Below are positions 20,476 through 29,704 of a stretch of DNA of 56,175 nucleotides, in pieces. The first letter of the stretch is position 1; each line of letters starts with the position of its first letter. The notes below the pieces were generated by a model. It saw only the letters and a program-made list of their open reading frames with translations. It made no database searches and was not told the DNA's origin. A program made the translations under genes and the position numbers. The stretch comes from Actinomycetota bacterium (GTDB lineage Bacteria > Actinomycetota > Actinomycetes > Actinomycetales > Microbacteriaceae), in assembly GCA_009704535.1 (NCBI GenBank), contig WLEA01000001.1, positions 1 to 56,175 on the forward strand, read 5' to 3'.

Positions 20476-22027
20476 GCGGTTGTTCCGGGGCATAGCCCGC
20501 TTCTCGGAGGGCAGCCCGCGCTTCATCCCGAGCTGAATAGGGAACCTTCCGGCCCGAAATATCCCGGTAGTTCTGGGATCCTGGACCGCTCCAGAGAACG
20601 CTATCGCCCTCCCCCACCAGAGAAACAGCGTGTCGAATTGCCTCACTCGGATCAGGAATCTCGAACCACACGGAGCCCTCAACCGAGCGCACACCCTCGA
20701 GCAGTCCGGCACGAATCACAGCCGGATCTTCGCGCCGAGGGTCGTCATCAGTGACGATAACCACATCGGCAAGTCGTGCTGCAGTCGCACCCATGAGAGG
20801 CCGCTTAGTGGCATCTCTATTTCCTGAGGTGCCACACACCATGACCAGCTTCCCCGTCGTGCGTGAGCGAAGAGTTTCCAGCGTGGCCCGGTATGCGTCT
20901 TCACTACGACCTGCATCAACAAACACTTGAGGGCCAGTCGGTCCCGACACTCGCTCAACCCGACCCGGAACGAACACGGGAATACCCGCTGTGCCAGGGC
21001 CCATTGCCGTGGCCATGTCGGCGGGTGGCACCCCCTGAAGAATGAGCATCACCGCGGCGAGAGCCGCGTTGGAGACCATGTGTTCTCCCATGATGGGGGC
21101 CGAGAATTCGATGGCCCAAGCCTCGGGCCCGCTCACCGAGAACATGGTGGTGTCACCCGAGATTCCGGTAATCGCGTAGCGCCAATGCGGTACCTCCTCC
21201 ACGCCCTCCGACCCGGCCCGGCCGAGTGTCCAGAACGGGATTGTGGTCTGGCGGGCGAGGGCCAGCCCCCAGGATGTATCCACACAGATGACGGCCTTGT
21301 GAGAGCGCTCCGGTGTAAACAGGGCGGCCTTGGCCGCCAGGTAACGGTCCATATTGCCGAAGTCTTCAAAATGGTCGTGGCTCAAATTGGTAAACCCGGC
21401 AACATCGACCATCACACGATCGAGACGGTTTTTTTCCAGAGCCTGCGCACTGACCTCAATGGCAAGCCCACTGACGCCTTGTTCTTTGGCCAGTGCCAAC
21501 ATGGCGTGAATGTCCGGGGCCTCAGGGGTCGTCAGGGTGCTCGTGTAGGGAACGCCCGCCACAACGCGCTCAGCAGTAGTGGATAGCGCCGTCGTCCAGC
21601 CAAGGCCCCTCATGAGCGCGTCCAAGAGAAACGCCGTGGAGGTTTTCCCGTTGGTCCCGGTCACTGCAGCGATCGCCATAGAGCCGACATCGTCGGTGCC
21701 ATAAATCTCCGCAGCGATTGCTCCTAAGTGGCCCCTGGGGTCCTCGAGCACCAGTGTCGGTGTCATCTCCGGCAGCAGGCTGGCGCCAGCAGTGTCAGTA
21801 AGAACCGCGGTGGCCCCGGCGGCCGCTGCCTCTGGCCAAAATTCGATTCCGTGGCGGTTGGCACCCGGAAGTGCCGCGAAGAGATCCCCGGGCTGAACGA
21901 GACCCGTGTGGAGGGCAACACCCGTTACCAGGACATCGGGGCCCGAGTGGAGAGCCTTCACCGTGCTGGCTAACTGACGTGTCGAGAGTGGCGTGGGTCG
22001 CTGCGGACGAGGAATCTCAGCCATCAT
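20468..22027 (-). CDS. murE: MurE-family Mur ligase with divergent amino-acid-binding motifs
   Basis: PGDLF, VTGTNGKT, TTPEA, NLSHDH, GxRDxxKR, DDDPR. Confidence 0.9.
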   Translation of the reverse strand: MMAEIPRPQRPTPLSTRQLASTVKALHSGPDVLVTGVALHTGLVQPGDLFAALPGANRHGIEFWPEAAAAGATAVLTDTAGASLLPEMTPTLVLEDPRGHLGAIAAEIYGTDDVGSMAIAAVTGTNGKTSTAFLLDALMRGLGWTTALSTTAERVVAGVPYTSTLTTPEAPDIHAMLALAKEQGVSGLAIEVSAQALEKNRLDRVMVDVAGFTNLSHDHFEDFGNMDRYLAAKAALFTPERSHKAVICVDTSWGLALARQTTIPFWTLGRAGSEGVEEVPHWRYAITGISGDTTMFSVSGPEAWAIEFSAPIMGEHMVSNAALAAVMLILQGVPPADMATAMGPGTAGIPVFVPGRVERVSGPTGPQVFVDAGRSEDAYRATLETLRSRTTGKLVMVCGTSGNRDATKRPLMGATAARLADVVIVTDDDPRREDPAVIRAGLLEGVRSVEGSVWFEIPDPSEAIRHAVSLVGEGDSVLWSGPGSQNYRDISGRKVPYSARDEARAALREAGYAPEQPHD

Positions 22028-22062
22028 CGCCCTCTCTCTTGTCACCGACCGGCCGGGTGTCC

Positions 22063-23805
22063 CTACCAGGTTAGCGGGGGCACGACAGCTGGTTCGCTCG
22101 AGGGCGCGACGCGGTAGTGCTTCAAGACATGAGACATCAGATCTGTGAACGCCGGCGCCGCAGCAGAGGAGACCTTCGACGTCTGGGGCTTGTAGAAGGA
22201 GACCAGAACCACGTATTCGGGATTCTCTGCCGGTGCCATACCAGCCAGGGATATGACACGCTCGGAACCATAGCCGCTTGCGCTGGCGATTTCGGCGGTT
22301 CCGGTCTTGGCTGCAACCCGATAGCCGGGGATTTCCAGGACGGGGCGCAGGGCACTCTGGGTAACCACGGTCTCAAGAATATTCACCGTCTGGCGAGCAG
22401 CCGAGGCTGAGACGACCTGGATAGGTTCCGCAACGGGTGCCTCGATGAACTCACCGAGGCTCGTGGTGCATCCGTCGTAGAGGCGAAGCGGTAGACGAAC
22501 TCCATCATTGGCGAGCGCTTGATAAGCGCCAGCCATCTGTACTGCAGTTACCGAGATGCCTTGACCGTAGAGCTGGGCGAAGCGAGTGAAGGGGTCATAG
22601 TTCTCGGGAGTCTTCAGAACTCCGCGTGATTCACCGAGGAAATCAACAGCAGTTTTCTCTCCAAAACCAAAGGCCCTGAAGTAGTCGTACGCCTGTTGCT
22701 GGGGCATCCGCTCGCCGAGCACCGCCATACCGGTATTGGAGGAGGTTTGAAGCACACCTGCGGTTGTGAGTTGCCGGGCATCGGAGACGTGCATGTTTTT
22801 GATAAAGCGTCCGGAACCGATGGTGTAAACACCGGGAGCGACGATGCGATCGGAGACGCTGGTGTGGCCAGCATCAATAAGCATGGCGACACCCATGGAC
22901 TTCATAATCGATCCCGGCTCGTATGGGGCGCTAAAGGTTCTCGCGCCCATGTGCTCGGGGGGCGCATCGGTGAAGTCGTTGGGATCGAAGGTCGGCCAAT
23001 CCGCGGCGGCCAGAATGTGCCCATCGTTGACCCTGACAACAATCGCGCTTGCCTGCTGTGCTTGGAGTCTGCCTCCGTGCTCCGCTAACTGCTGAAGGAC
23101 GTACCACTGCAGGTCGCTATCGATGGTGAGATGCGCGGTTCCGCCGTGAATTGGTTGCTCGACCAGCGTGGTGGTTCCTGGCAGCCTGACCCCGTCAGCG
23201 CCCTGTTGATACGTAGCAAACCCGTTCTGGGCCATCAAGCATTCGTCTTCGGATAACTCCACCCCACCGAGGGGTTCGTCGCGACCCAACATTCCGGTGA
23301 GGTTTGCCGTGACGGGTCCGAAGGGATAAATCCTCTCCCTGATGAGGTCAATTTGTAGCCACGGAATATCCAACTCCCTCAGCGCATCTTTCGCTTGCGG
23401 GGTCACACCTTTCACCAAGTAGGTGAACTGCGCCGTGGGGTCCACTGAGACGGCAGAGAGCATTTCGTCATAGTTGGCACCGGTCACCTGCGCAATCTCG
23501 GCCACCGCCTGGGCTAGCGGAACAACTTCGCCAGCCCGTCGGAAGTCGCCGACTTTCGAGGGGTTTGCGCTGATGTCATAGCGGTCGACATCAAGGGCTA
23601 GGTCATTACCGAACTGATCAACAATGGAGCCCCGGGATGCCCAGAGCGTCTCACTCGTTGTGCGGACCTGGAGCGATTGCTCCTGAAGTTCAGCCGCTCG
23701 AACGATTTGAACGTCAACGAGGCGTCCTACAAAAACGAGGGAGACCGCCATCACTGTCGCGAGAGCTAGAGCCCCGCGGCGCCCAGACATACGTTGATGA
23801 GACAT
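22063..23805 (-). CDS. ftsI: Class B penicillin-binding protein FtsI
   Basis: RGSIxD, EPGSIMK (SxxK), SSN (SxN), KTGT. Confidence 0.93.
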   Translation of the reverse strand: MSHQRMSGRRGALALATVMAVSLVFVGRLVDVQIVRAAELQEQSLQVRTTSETLWASRGSIVDQFGNDLALDVDRYDISANPSKVGDFRRAGEVVPLAQAVAEIAQVTGANYDEMLSAVSVDPTAQFTYLVKGVTPQAKDALRELDIPWLQIDLIRERIYPFGPVTANLTGMLGRDEPLGGVELSEDECLMAQNGFATYQQGADGVRLPGTTTLVEQPIHGGTAHLTIDSDLQWYVLQQLAEHGGRLQAQQASAIVVRVNDGHILAAADWPTFDPNDFTDAPPEHMGARTFSAPYEPGSIMKSMGVAMLIDAGHTSVSDRIVAPGVYTIGSGRFIKNMHVSDARQLTTAGVLQTSSNTGMAVLGERMPQQQAYDYFRAFGFGEKTAVDFLGESRGVLKTPENYDPFTRFAQLYGQGISVTAVQMAGAYQALANDGVRLPLRLYDGCTTSLGEFIEAPVAEPIQVVSASAARQTVNILETVVTQSALRPVLEIPGYRVAAKTGTAEIASASGYGSERVISLAGMAPAENPEYVVLVSFYKPQTSKVSSAAAPAFTDLMSHVLKHYRVAPSSEPAVVPPLTW

Positions 23806-23807
23806 GG

Positions 23808-24425
23808 TTACCTAGTGGTTGGGGACGGAATCAATCCGCCAAATCGTGGGGCGGTCGGAGGCGGGGCTGGTGCGCTTACCACAACGGGTGTTACCACCGG
23901 GGCTTGGGTGGAGACGGGTTTTGTGGGCACCTCGGGGCTGATTTCCTGAGGTGAGGTTAAGGATTCGTAGACCGCAGCAATGATCGCTGGCGGGGCGACG
24001 TCTTCGCTGCCAGCCGTGACCGGGTACACCGCTGCCCCAGAATCGGCGGTGGCGGGTTGGGCTTCGCCGACAACGCTGGCATCAGAGAGACGCAGATATG
24101 CGGGGTTGTTGTCGGCAACCATCCCCATCGAGGTGGCAAGGCCGGCGAGAGTGTCAGGAGCAATCAGCGCGTTGATGTCTTCTGCCACCATCTGACGTTT
24201 CTGTTCGGTGTTACGCATTTCACCCTTGAGGGAGGCGATCTCATACGCCCCACCAGAGAGTGCTATCGAGAGGATGAGCTGCACCGCGAGGATGGCGAAA
24301 ATCCCCACCAGTGTCGCCACGATGTATCGCAGTTTCGGTCCTGCCAGTGCGGTGAGGACTGGGCGCGTCGGGTGAGAGCCCGACTCTCGGGCCTTGGAGG
24401 TTGACTTAACAGTGAGGACGCTCAT
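23808..24425 (-). CDS. FtsL-like cell division protein
   Basis: One TM, coiled coil, LA..A..MGMV, Pro-rich tail; lies between rsmH and ftsI. Confidence 0.75.
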   Translation of the reverse strand: MSVLTVKSTSKARESGSHPTRPVLTALAGPKLRYIVATLVGIFAILAVQLILSIALSGGAYEIASLKGEMRNTEQKRQMVAEDINALIAPDTLAGLATSMGMVADNNPAYLRLSDASVVGEAQPATADSGAAVYPVTAGSEDVAPPAIIAAVYESLTSPQEISPEVPTKPVSTQAPVVTPVVVSAPAPPPTAPRFGGLIPSPTTR

Positions 24426-25381
24426 CGGGTGACCTTTCTGAGTTTTTCGGCTGCCCGAAGGCGAACCGATGCTGAGCGAGGGTTAGTGATTATTTCTTCA
24501 GGGGTTGCCATCTCGGCACCGCGGACAAGTTCTGTGAACTCAGCACGGTGCTCGGGAAGTTCTCGAGGAAGCCCGAGAGGAGCTGTGGTGTGACAGCGAC
24601 GGCGAAGCTCTTGTTTGGTGAGCCGGTCCTCCCCGGACTGATACGACATCACGACAATGTGCCCGCCCACAGCGAGGCGGTCGAGGGCCTGGGGCAACGC
24701 GGCGGCCCAAGAGTCGAGCTCACGGTTGACTTCAATCCGAAGCGCTTGAAAAACACGCTTGGCCGGGTGGCCCTTATCCTTGAGGGCGTAGGGAGTTGCG
24801 CGCTGTAAAACATCGACTAGCTGGCTCGTTCGGAGCAACGGCTCGATGGCGCGGGCATCGATGATGGCCGCGGCATATCGGTCTGCCAACTTCTCATCGC
24901 CATAGCGACGGAAAATACCTGCGAGCTGGCGCTTGTCGTACTGGGAGAGTAGGTCAGCCGCGCTCAGCTCATCGCTGGTGTCCATGCGCATGTCCAGCGG
25001 GGCGTCCACGGAGTATGAGAATCCCCGCTCTGGCTTATCCAAGTGCAAGGACGAGACGCCAAGGTCGAAAAGAAACGCATCCGGCTCTTGCCCGGGGCAG
25101 AGCTCATCGAGCACGCGACCGAGTTCGTCGTAGCGTGCCTTAGCAAAGCTCACCCGGCTTGCGTAGGGGGCAAGACGAGTCCTCGAGTACTCGAGAGCTT
25201 CCTGGTCACGATCTACACCCAGCACCCGCAGGCGAGGGAGGGCCTCCAGGAACGATTCGGTGTGGCCGCCAAGCCCAAGCGTCGCATCGACCAGCAACGG
25301 CGATGCGCCCCCAAGTGCGGGCGCTAAGAGTTCACGAGCGCGCTCGCGCAGGACTGGGATGTGGTGATAAGTGGCGATCAT
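24422..25381 (-). CDS. rsmH: 16S rRNA m4C1402 methyltransferase RsmH
   Basis: HIPVL, DATLGLGGH, DLGVSS, PLDMRM, FQALRIEVN, NPRSxS. Confidence 0.96.
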   Translation of the reverse strand: MIATYHHIPVLRERARELLAPALGGASPLLVDATLGLGGHTESFLEALPRLRVLGVDRDQEALEYSRTRLAPYASRVSFAKARYDELGRVLDELCPGQEPDAFLFDLGVSSLHLDKPERGFSYSVDAPLDMRMDTSDELSAADLLSQYDKRQLAGIFRRYGDEKLADRYAAAIIDARAIEPLLRTSQLVDVLQRATPYALKDKGHPAKRVFQALRIEVNRELDSWAAALPQALDRLAVGGHIVVMSYQSGEDRLTKQELRRRCHTTAPLGLPRELPEHRAEFTELVRGAEMATPEEIITNPRSASVRLRAAEKLRKVTR

Positions 25382-25399
25382 GACGTGCCCTGTCCACCA

Positions 25400-25470
25400 G
25401 ATCCGGTTTTCGGATTCCCATCCGTGTGATGAACCTGGAGCCGGGGAAGGTGTCCCAGGGGCCAACGGAG
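25400..25470 (-). ncRNA. mraW RNA motif-like hairpin in the rsmH 5' region (boundaries approximate)
   Basis: Hairpin CCUGG..CC-UUCCCC-GG..CCAGG (25434-25459) with a pyrimidine-rich loop between mraZ and rsmH, where the actinobacterial mraW motif is found. Confidence 0.55.
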
Positions 25471-25489
25471 GGGAGTCGAAAAATCGGAG

Positions 25490-25921
25490 CTAGAGGAGTC
25501 CCGGAATCACCTCCTCCTCGGTTTCGGAGAATGCTTGCTCGCGGTCTTCGTAGTAGGACTGCCATGCGGCCCCCGACCAGATCTCGGCGCGGTTACCCGC
25601 ACCGATGACCGTGAGGTCGCGCTCCAAGCCGGCATAGTCGCGCAAGGCCGGAGGAATGGTCACACGGTTCTGCTTGTCCGGAATTTCAAAACTCGCCCCC
25701 GAGAGAAAGAGTCGAAGAAAGTCGCGCCCAGCCTTGCTGGTCAGTGGAGCCTCTCGCAGGCGCTCAACGTGGGCGTCGAAGTCTTTGCTGGTGAAGACGT
25801 AGATGCATCTCTCTTGACCCCGGGTAAGAACCAAACCGTTAGCGAGTTCGTCGCGGAATCGTGCCGGAAGGATGACTCGACCCTTGTCGTCGAGCTTGGG
25901 GGCGTGGGTTCCCAGGAACAT
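25490..25921 (-). CDS. mraZ: Transcriptional repressor MraZ
   Basis: MFLGT...LDDKGR, DKQxR, EIW. Confidence 0.96.
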   Translation of the reverse strand: MFLGTHAPKLDDKGRVILPARFRDELANGLVLTRGQERCIYVFTSKDFDAHVERLREAPLTSKAGRDFLRLFLSGASFEIPDKQNRVTIPPALRDYAGLERDLTVIGAGNRAEIWSGAAWQSYYEDREQAFSETEEEVIPGLL

Positions 25922-25962
25922 ACCAGCCCCTCCTTTCGTATCCGGCCGTACTTGAGGATGCG

Positions 25963-26000
25963 CACCACTCTACTCCACTTTGCTCCAAAATCCACCACTT
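25963..26000 (-). promoter_or_regulatory. MraZ-box repeats
   Basis: GTGG/TTGG units with 10-bp periodicity (AAGTGGTGGA TTTTGGAGCA AAGTGGAGTA GAGTGGTG) upstream of mraZ. Confidence 0.75.
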
Positions 26001-26072
26001 TGTGACTTTTTTTGGAAAAGTTTGCGGACGTGTCTCCACGCCCACATCGCCGTAATGCCGGGCTTTAACGAC

Positions 26073-26098
26073 AAAAACCGGCCCGAAGGCCGGTTTTT
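26073..26098. terminator. Bidirectional intrinsic terminator
   Basis: AAAAACCGGCC-CGAA-GGCCGGTTTTT (C-UUCG-G loop on the minus strand) after the DUF3040 gene; a second hairpin lies at 26109-26132. Confidence 0.8.
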
Positions 26099-26138
26099 CG
26101 AACACTCAAGTGGAGGGCTCTATCCCTCCACTGGGAAC

Positions 26139-26513
26139 CTAAAGAGGTTCGCCGTTGTTACGGCGCTCCCACCGCTGGTTCATCTGATCCATGAAACTTC
26201 CGCTCGAGCCAGATGGCGATTTACGCGCAGGAGAACCGGAGCGGCCCTCGACTGGCTTACCCGGGATAGCAACTGCCACCATCACCCCGGTGAACATGAT
26301 TGCAAAACCGACGATGCCCACGACGGTGAGATCAGAATTGACACCGAGGAGCATGGTAATGAGTCCACCCAGAGCGACAATGGCACCGATTGCCATCGCT
26401 CGATAGTTGAGGTTTCTGGACACGCCGAGGGTCGTCACGACGTCAGCCTCATTGTTATAGAGGTTGCGCTCCATCTCTTCGAGCAGACGCTGCTCACGTT
26501 CAGACAGTGCCAT
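26139..26513 (-). CDS. DUF3040 domain membrane protein
   Basis: MxLSEREQRLLEEMERxL, two TMs, FMxxxxxRWERR. Confidence 0.9.
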   Translation of the reverse strand: MALSEREQRLLEEMERNLYNNEADVVTTLGVSRNLNYRAMAIGAIVALGGLITMLLGVNSDLTVVGIVGFAIMFTGVMVAVAIPGKPVEGRSGSPARKSPSGSSGSFMDQMNQRWERRNNGEPL

Positions 26514-26581
26514 AGTCGCCTCCAGGCGTGTGTTCGGGTAACTATGAGTGTACGCAGTTTTCCTGAGGATAGGCTAGGTCT

Positions 26582-27697
26582 GTGTCAGAGCCGATCAAGC
26601 TTGTCGACCTTGTCGACACCCGCCTCGCCAGTTTCCTGGATTCCCGCGCTAGTGAGCTCGAGGCCATCTCCCCCGACCTGCTGCACATCATGGAGTACAC
26701 CCGAGGCATGTTGGCTACGGGCAAACGCTTCCGTGCTCGCTTTTGCTATTGGGGTTGGCGCGCAGGTAGTACGAGCGAACTTGACCCAGGCTTGGGTGCT
26801 GAAACCGTCGATGATCTCGACGCCGTTATTTCACTGGCACTATCGCTCGAGGTTTTCCATGCCGCGGCTCTCGTGCACGACGACATTATGGACAATTCAG
26901 ATACGAGACGTGGCAAGCCCTCGGCGCACCGCGCCTTCGAGACCATTCACCGCGAGCGCTCCTATGCGGGACGCTCGGAACACTTTGGGCAATCAACGGC
27001 ACTGCTGGTCGGCGATCTTCTCTTGGCCTGGAGCGACGACCTCCTCAACCAAGCCCTTATCGCCATCGACTCCCCCACAATCGCGCTGGCTACACGTGCA
27101 GAATTCTCAAGGATGCGCCAGGAAGTCACGGTCGGTCAGTACCTAGACATCCACGAAGAGGCGGCCTGGCTGCACTCGAGCCAGGCAGAGCGCCTCGAAC
27201 GCGCGCTCAGGGTAGTCACCTACAAATCAGCGAAATACAGCATGGAGGCCCCTTTACTGATTGGAGCGTCGCTCGCCGGTGCCAACACCTCGAAACTCGG
27301 CGCCTTGAGCGCCTTCGGTTTGCCTCTGGGTATAGCGTTCCAGCTGCGCGATGACGTTCTTGGAGTGTTTGGTAACTCAGAGGTCACCGGCAAACCCTCC
27401 GGTGATGATTTGCGTGAGGGCAAGCGCACCGTGCTCATCGCGCTCGCTGAAGCGGCAATGCCCGCCGGAGCAAAGACAGTCTTCAACGAAATGCTGGGTG
27501 ACCGCTCACTCTCCGGCGAGCAAATTGAAGTCATGCAAGAGACCCTCCAGGCCACCGGTGCGCTGGAGAAGATTGAGGCCATGATCTCTGACTATGTCAG
27601 CCAGGCCATGGATGCTTTGCGCGGGGCTCACTGGTCACCCGGTGCCGCAGCCGAACTTACCAGGCTTGCCGAAGCCGTGACTCAACGCCAGGCCTAG
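26582..27697 (+). CDS. Polyprenyl diphosphate synthase (GGPP synthase-like)
   Basis: GKRFR, HDDIMD, RRG, FQLRDD, GKPxGDDLREGK. Confidence 0.93.
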   Translation: MSEPIKLVDLVDTRLASFLDSRASELEAISPDLLHIMEYTRGMLATGKRFRARFCYWGWRAGSTSELDPGLGAETVDDLDAVISLALSLEVFHAAALVHDDIMDNSDTRRGKPSAHRAFETIHRERSYAGRSEHFGQSTALLVGDLLLAWSDDLLNQALIAIDSPTIALATRAEFSRMRQEVTVGQYLDIHEEAAWLHSSQAERLERALRVVTYKSAKYSMEAPLLIGASLAGANTSKLGALSAFGLPLGIAFQLRDDVLGVFGNSEVTGKPSGDDLREGKRTVLIALAEAAMPAGAKTVFNEMLGDRSLSGEQIEVMQETLQATGALEKIEAMISDYVSQAMDALRGAHWSPGAAAELTRLAEAVTQRQA

Positions 27698-27708
27698 TAC
27701 CCCCGGGC

Positions 27709-28050
27709 CTACAGCGCGAGGGTCTGAGCAAGCCTGCGCACTTCACTCTTGCGCCCACCACGCAGGGCGTCAATCGGCGCGACAGCCAGTGCGTCGTTGC
27801 GCTCTAACAACCACCGGGTCGCATCGTCATCAGTAAAACCCCCATCGAGAAGCACAACGACCGTGCCCCGCAGATCCTTGAGAGGCTCACCGCCATCAAG
27901 GAAGACCTCGGGAATCCTAAAGATGCCCTCAATTTTGGTCCCGAGCAGAGCGCGATCTTCGACGAGCCGGTGCACTTTGCCAGGAGTAAGCCCGAGGCGC
28001 TCGCACACCTCGGGAACGGTGAGCCACACCACGTCCGTCTTATCTGTCAC
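27709..28050 (-). CDS. Rv2175c family DNA-binding protein
   Basis: WLTVPEV helix-turn-helix, LRGT, PIDALR.GRKxEVRRxAQ. Confidence 0.88.
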   Translation of the reverse strand: MTDKTDVVWLTVPEVCERLGLTPGKVHRLVEDRALLGTKIEGIFRIPEVFLDGGEPLKDLRGTVVVLLDGGFTDDDATRWLLERNDALAVAPIDALRGGRKSEVRRLAQTLAL

Positions 28051-28112
28051 ATCTCTAGAGTGCCATGCCCCGGGGCGAAGCGATACCGGGCAGCCTTCGC
28101 GACCCTTCTCAC

Positions 28113-28130
28113 TATGTTACGAATATGTTA
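28113..28130. promoter_or_regulatory. 11-bp-period direct repeat, possible OmpR-family (MtrA-like) site
   Basis: TATGTTA-cgaa-TATGTTA in the divergent intergenic region upstream of the LysM gene. Confidence 0.35.
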
Positions 28131-28237
28131 ACGGCAACCACACGCGTCACAATGGTTGACTCGACTCTAAACCTGTGACACCGTAGATACGGAGCGCCCT
28201 CCGGCGATAATGTCCCTTACGCGCAACGATAAGAGCC

Positions 28238-29656
28238 ATGCCTGAAGCAGAACACTCCCCCCGCAGCGCCGACGCGCGAGTGGATTCCCTGGAGCACGCT
28301 GTGTTGTCGGGTCTGACGCCCCGAACGCACCGCTTCGAAGGCCCGTCGCTAAAGGGCACTGGCGGAATTCGCAAAACTCTTTTTGGCAGCTTGCCGTTTT
28401 TGATGACCGGAACTTTGGCAGCCGGCGTTGGCGTCGCGCCTGCTGGGCCGACGAGCACCGAGATGACTGCACTCCAGCCAGGCCATGCCCGTGACGACAC
28501 GCGCCCGGGCCTCGCCCAGCGGTTGAGCCACGCGATGCTTCCGATAGCCCATTCCATCATCGCCGCCCTTCGACCAGACCTCCCAGCCACCTACACCGTG
28601 CAGGCAGGCGACACGGTCTCCTCGATTGCTGAAGCGTTTGAGCTTCCCACCCCTGCCATATTGACTCTCAACGGTCTGAGTTGGAACTCCCTCGTGCACG
28701 AGGGGCAGATTCTGAAGCTGAGCCCGGAGCCCACCAAGAAGCGCGCCGGATCTCCAGCCCGCCTTGCTGCTGGCGGATACGTCGTGTCCCCGGGTGACAC
28801 CGTGACCACGATTGCCGGACGTTTAGGAATCTCGGCTCAAGCACTCACCGCCCACAATGGCCTTCAGCCCGACTCCACGATCTACGCCGGTCAGATGCTG
28901 AGCGTGCCAGGCGCCACCCGACCCACTGTGGAGCGGACCGCTCCGACCGCGATGCCGGTCATCGCGAGCACGCCAACCGTGCTGAGCGCATCGACGCGCA
29001 ACGATGGCGAAACGGATGAGTCCGCTCAGGCCGACACATCCTCCGGAGTACCATTCGACGCCGCAGACCTCCCTCTGGCTGAAGCGCCAGCCTTAATCGT
29101 TGTCCAGGTTCCGAAGAAGCCAGCAGTGGTGGCAACCAAAGCCCCAGCCGCAAACCCCGCGCCAGTGGCCCAGGCCAGTGCGCCAGCTCCGGCGCCAGAG
29201 GCGACGGCCTCTGGCGAAGTGGGGCAACCTGTTGCCGGCTCGATTACGCCACTCAATGATGAGCGCAGAGCCAACGCGCAGGCCATTATTTCGGTGGGAC
29301 GCGAGCTGGGGGTTCCCGACTACGGAATCGTTATCGCACTCGCAACAGCGATGCAGGAATCGTCACTTCGCAACATCAACTGGGGTGATCGCGACTCGGT
29401 CGGTCTCTATCAACAGCGCCCCTCCAGCGGATGGGGAAGCGTTGAGCAGATTATGGATGCGGGCTATGCAACCCGCTTGTTCTTTGGAGGCCCGCAGAAC
29501 CCAAATAAGGGAAAGACCCGCGGGCTGTTGGACATCACCAACTGGCAGAGCATGACGCTCACCGAGGCTGCCCAACGCGTTCAAATTTCAGCGTTCCCCA
29601 AGGCTTACGCAAAATGGGAGCCCAGCGCATGGGCATGGTTGTACGAACTGACGTAA
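28238..29656 (+). CDS. LysM-repeat protein with C-terminal lysozyme-like cell wall hydrolase domain
   Basis: Two LysM repeats (YTVQAGDT, YVVSPGDT), Ala/Pro linker, ATAMQES..GDRDSVGLYQQRPS.GWG; start uncertain. Confidence 0.85.
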   Translation: MPEAEHSPRSADARVDSLEHAVLSGLTPRTHRFEGPSLKGTGGIRKTLFGSLPFLMTGTLAAGVGVAPAGPTSTEMTALQPGHARDDTRPGLAQRLSHAMLPIAHSIIAALRPDLPATYTVQAGDTVSSIAEAFELPTPAILTLNGLSWNSLVHEGQILKLSPEPTKKRAGSPARLAAGGYVVSPGDTVTTIAGRLGISAQALTAHNGLQPDSTIYAGQMLSVPGATRPTVERTAPTAMPVIASTPTVLSASTRNDGETDESAQADTSSGVPFDAADLPLAEAPALIVVQVPKKPAVVATKAPAANPAPVAQASAPAPAPEATASGEVGQPVAGSITPLNDERRANAQAIISVGRELGVPDYGIVIALATAMQESSLRNINWGDRDSVGLYQQRPSSGWGSVEQIMDAGYATRLFFGGPQNPNKGKTRGLLDITNWQSMTLTEAAQRVQISAFPKAYAKWEPSAWAWLYELT

Positions 29657-29704
29657 TGGAGTGGCAACCCGTATCTATCGCCATCCCGCCCTACAATCGG
29701 CTAA

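Noticed and set aside
19831-20712. Longer 293-aa murF ORF, or a murE-murF frameshift fusion
   Set aside because: The extra N-terminus is an off-frame read of murE; murE ends normally and no slippery site is evident.
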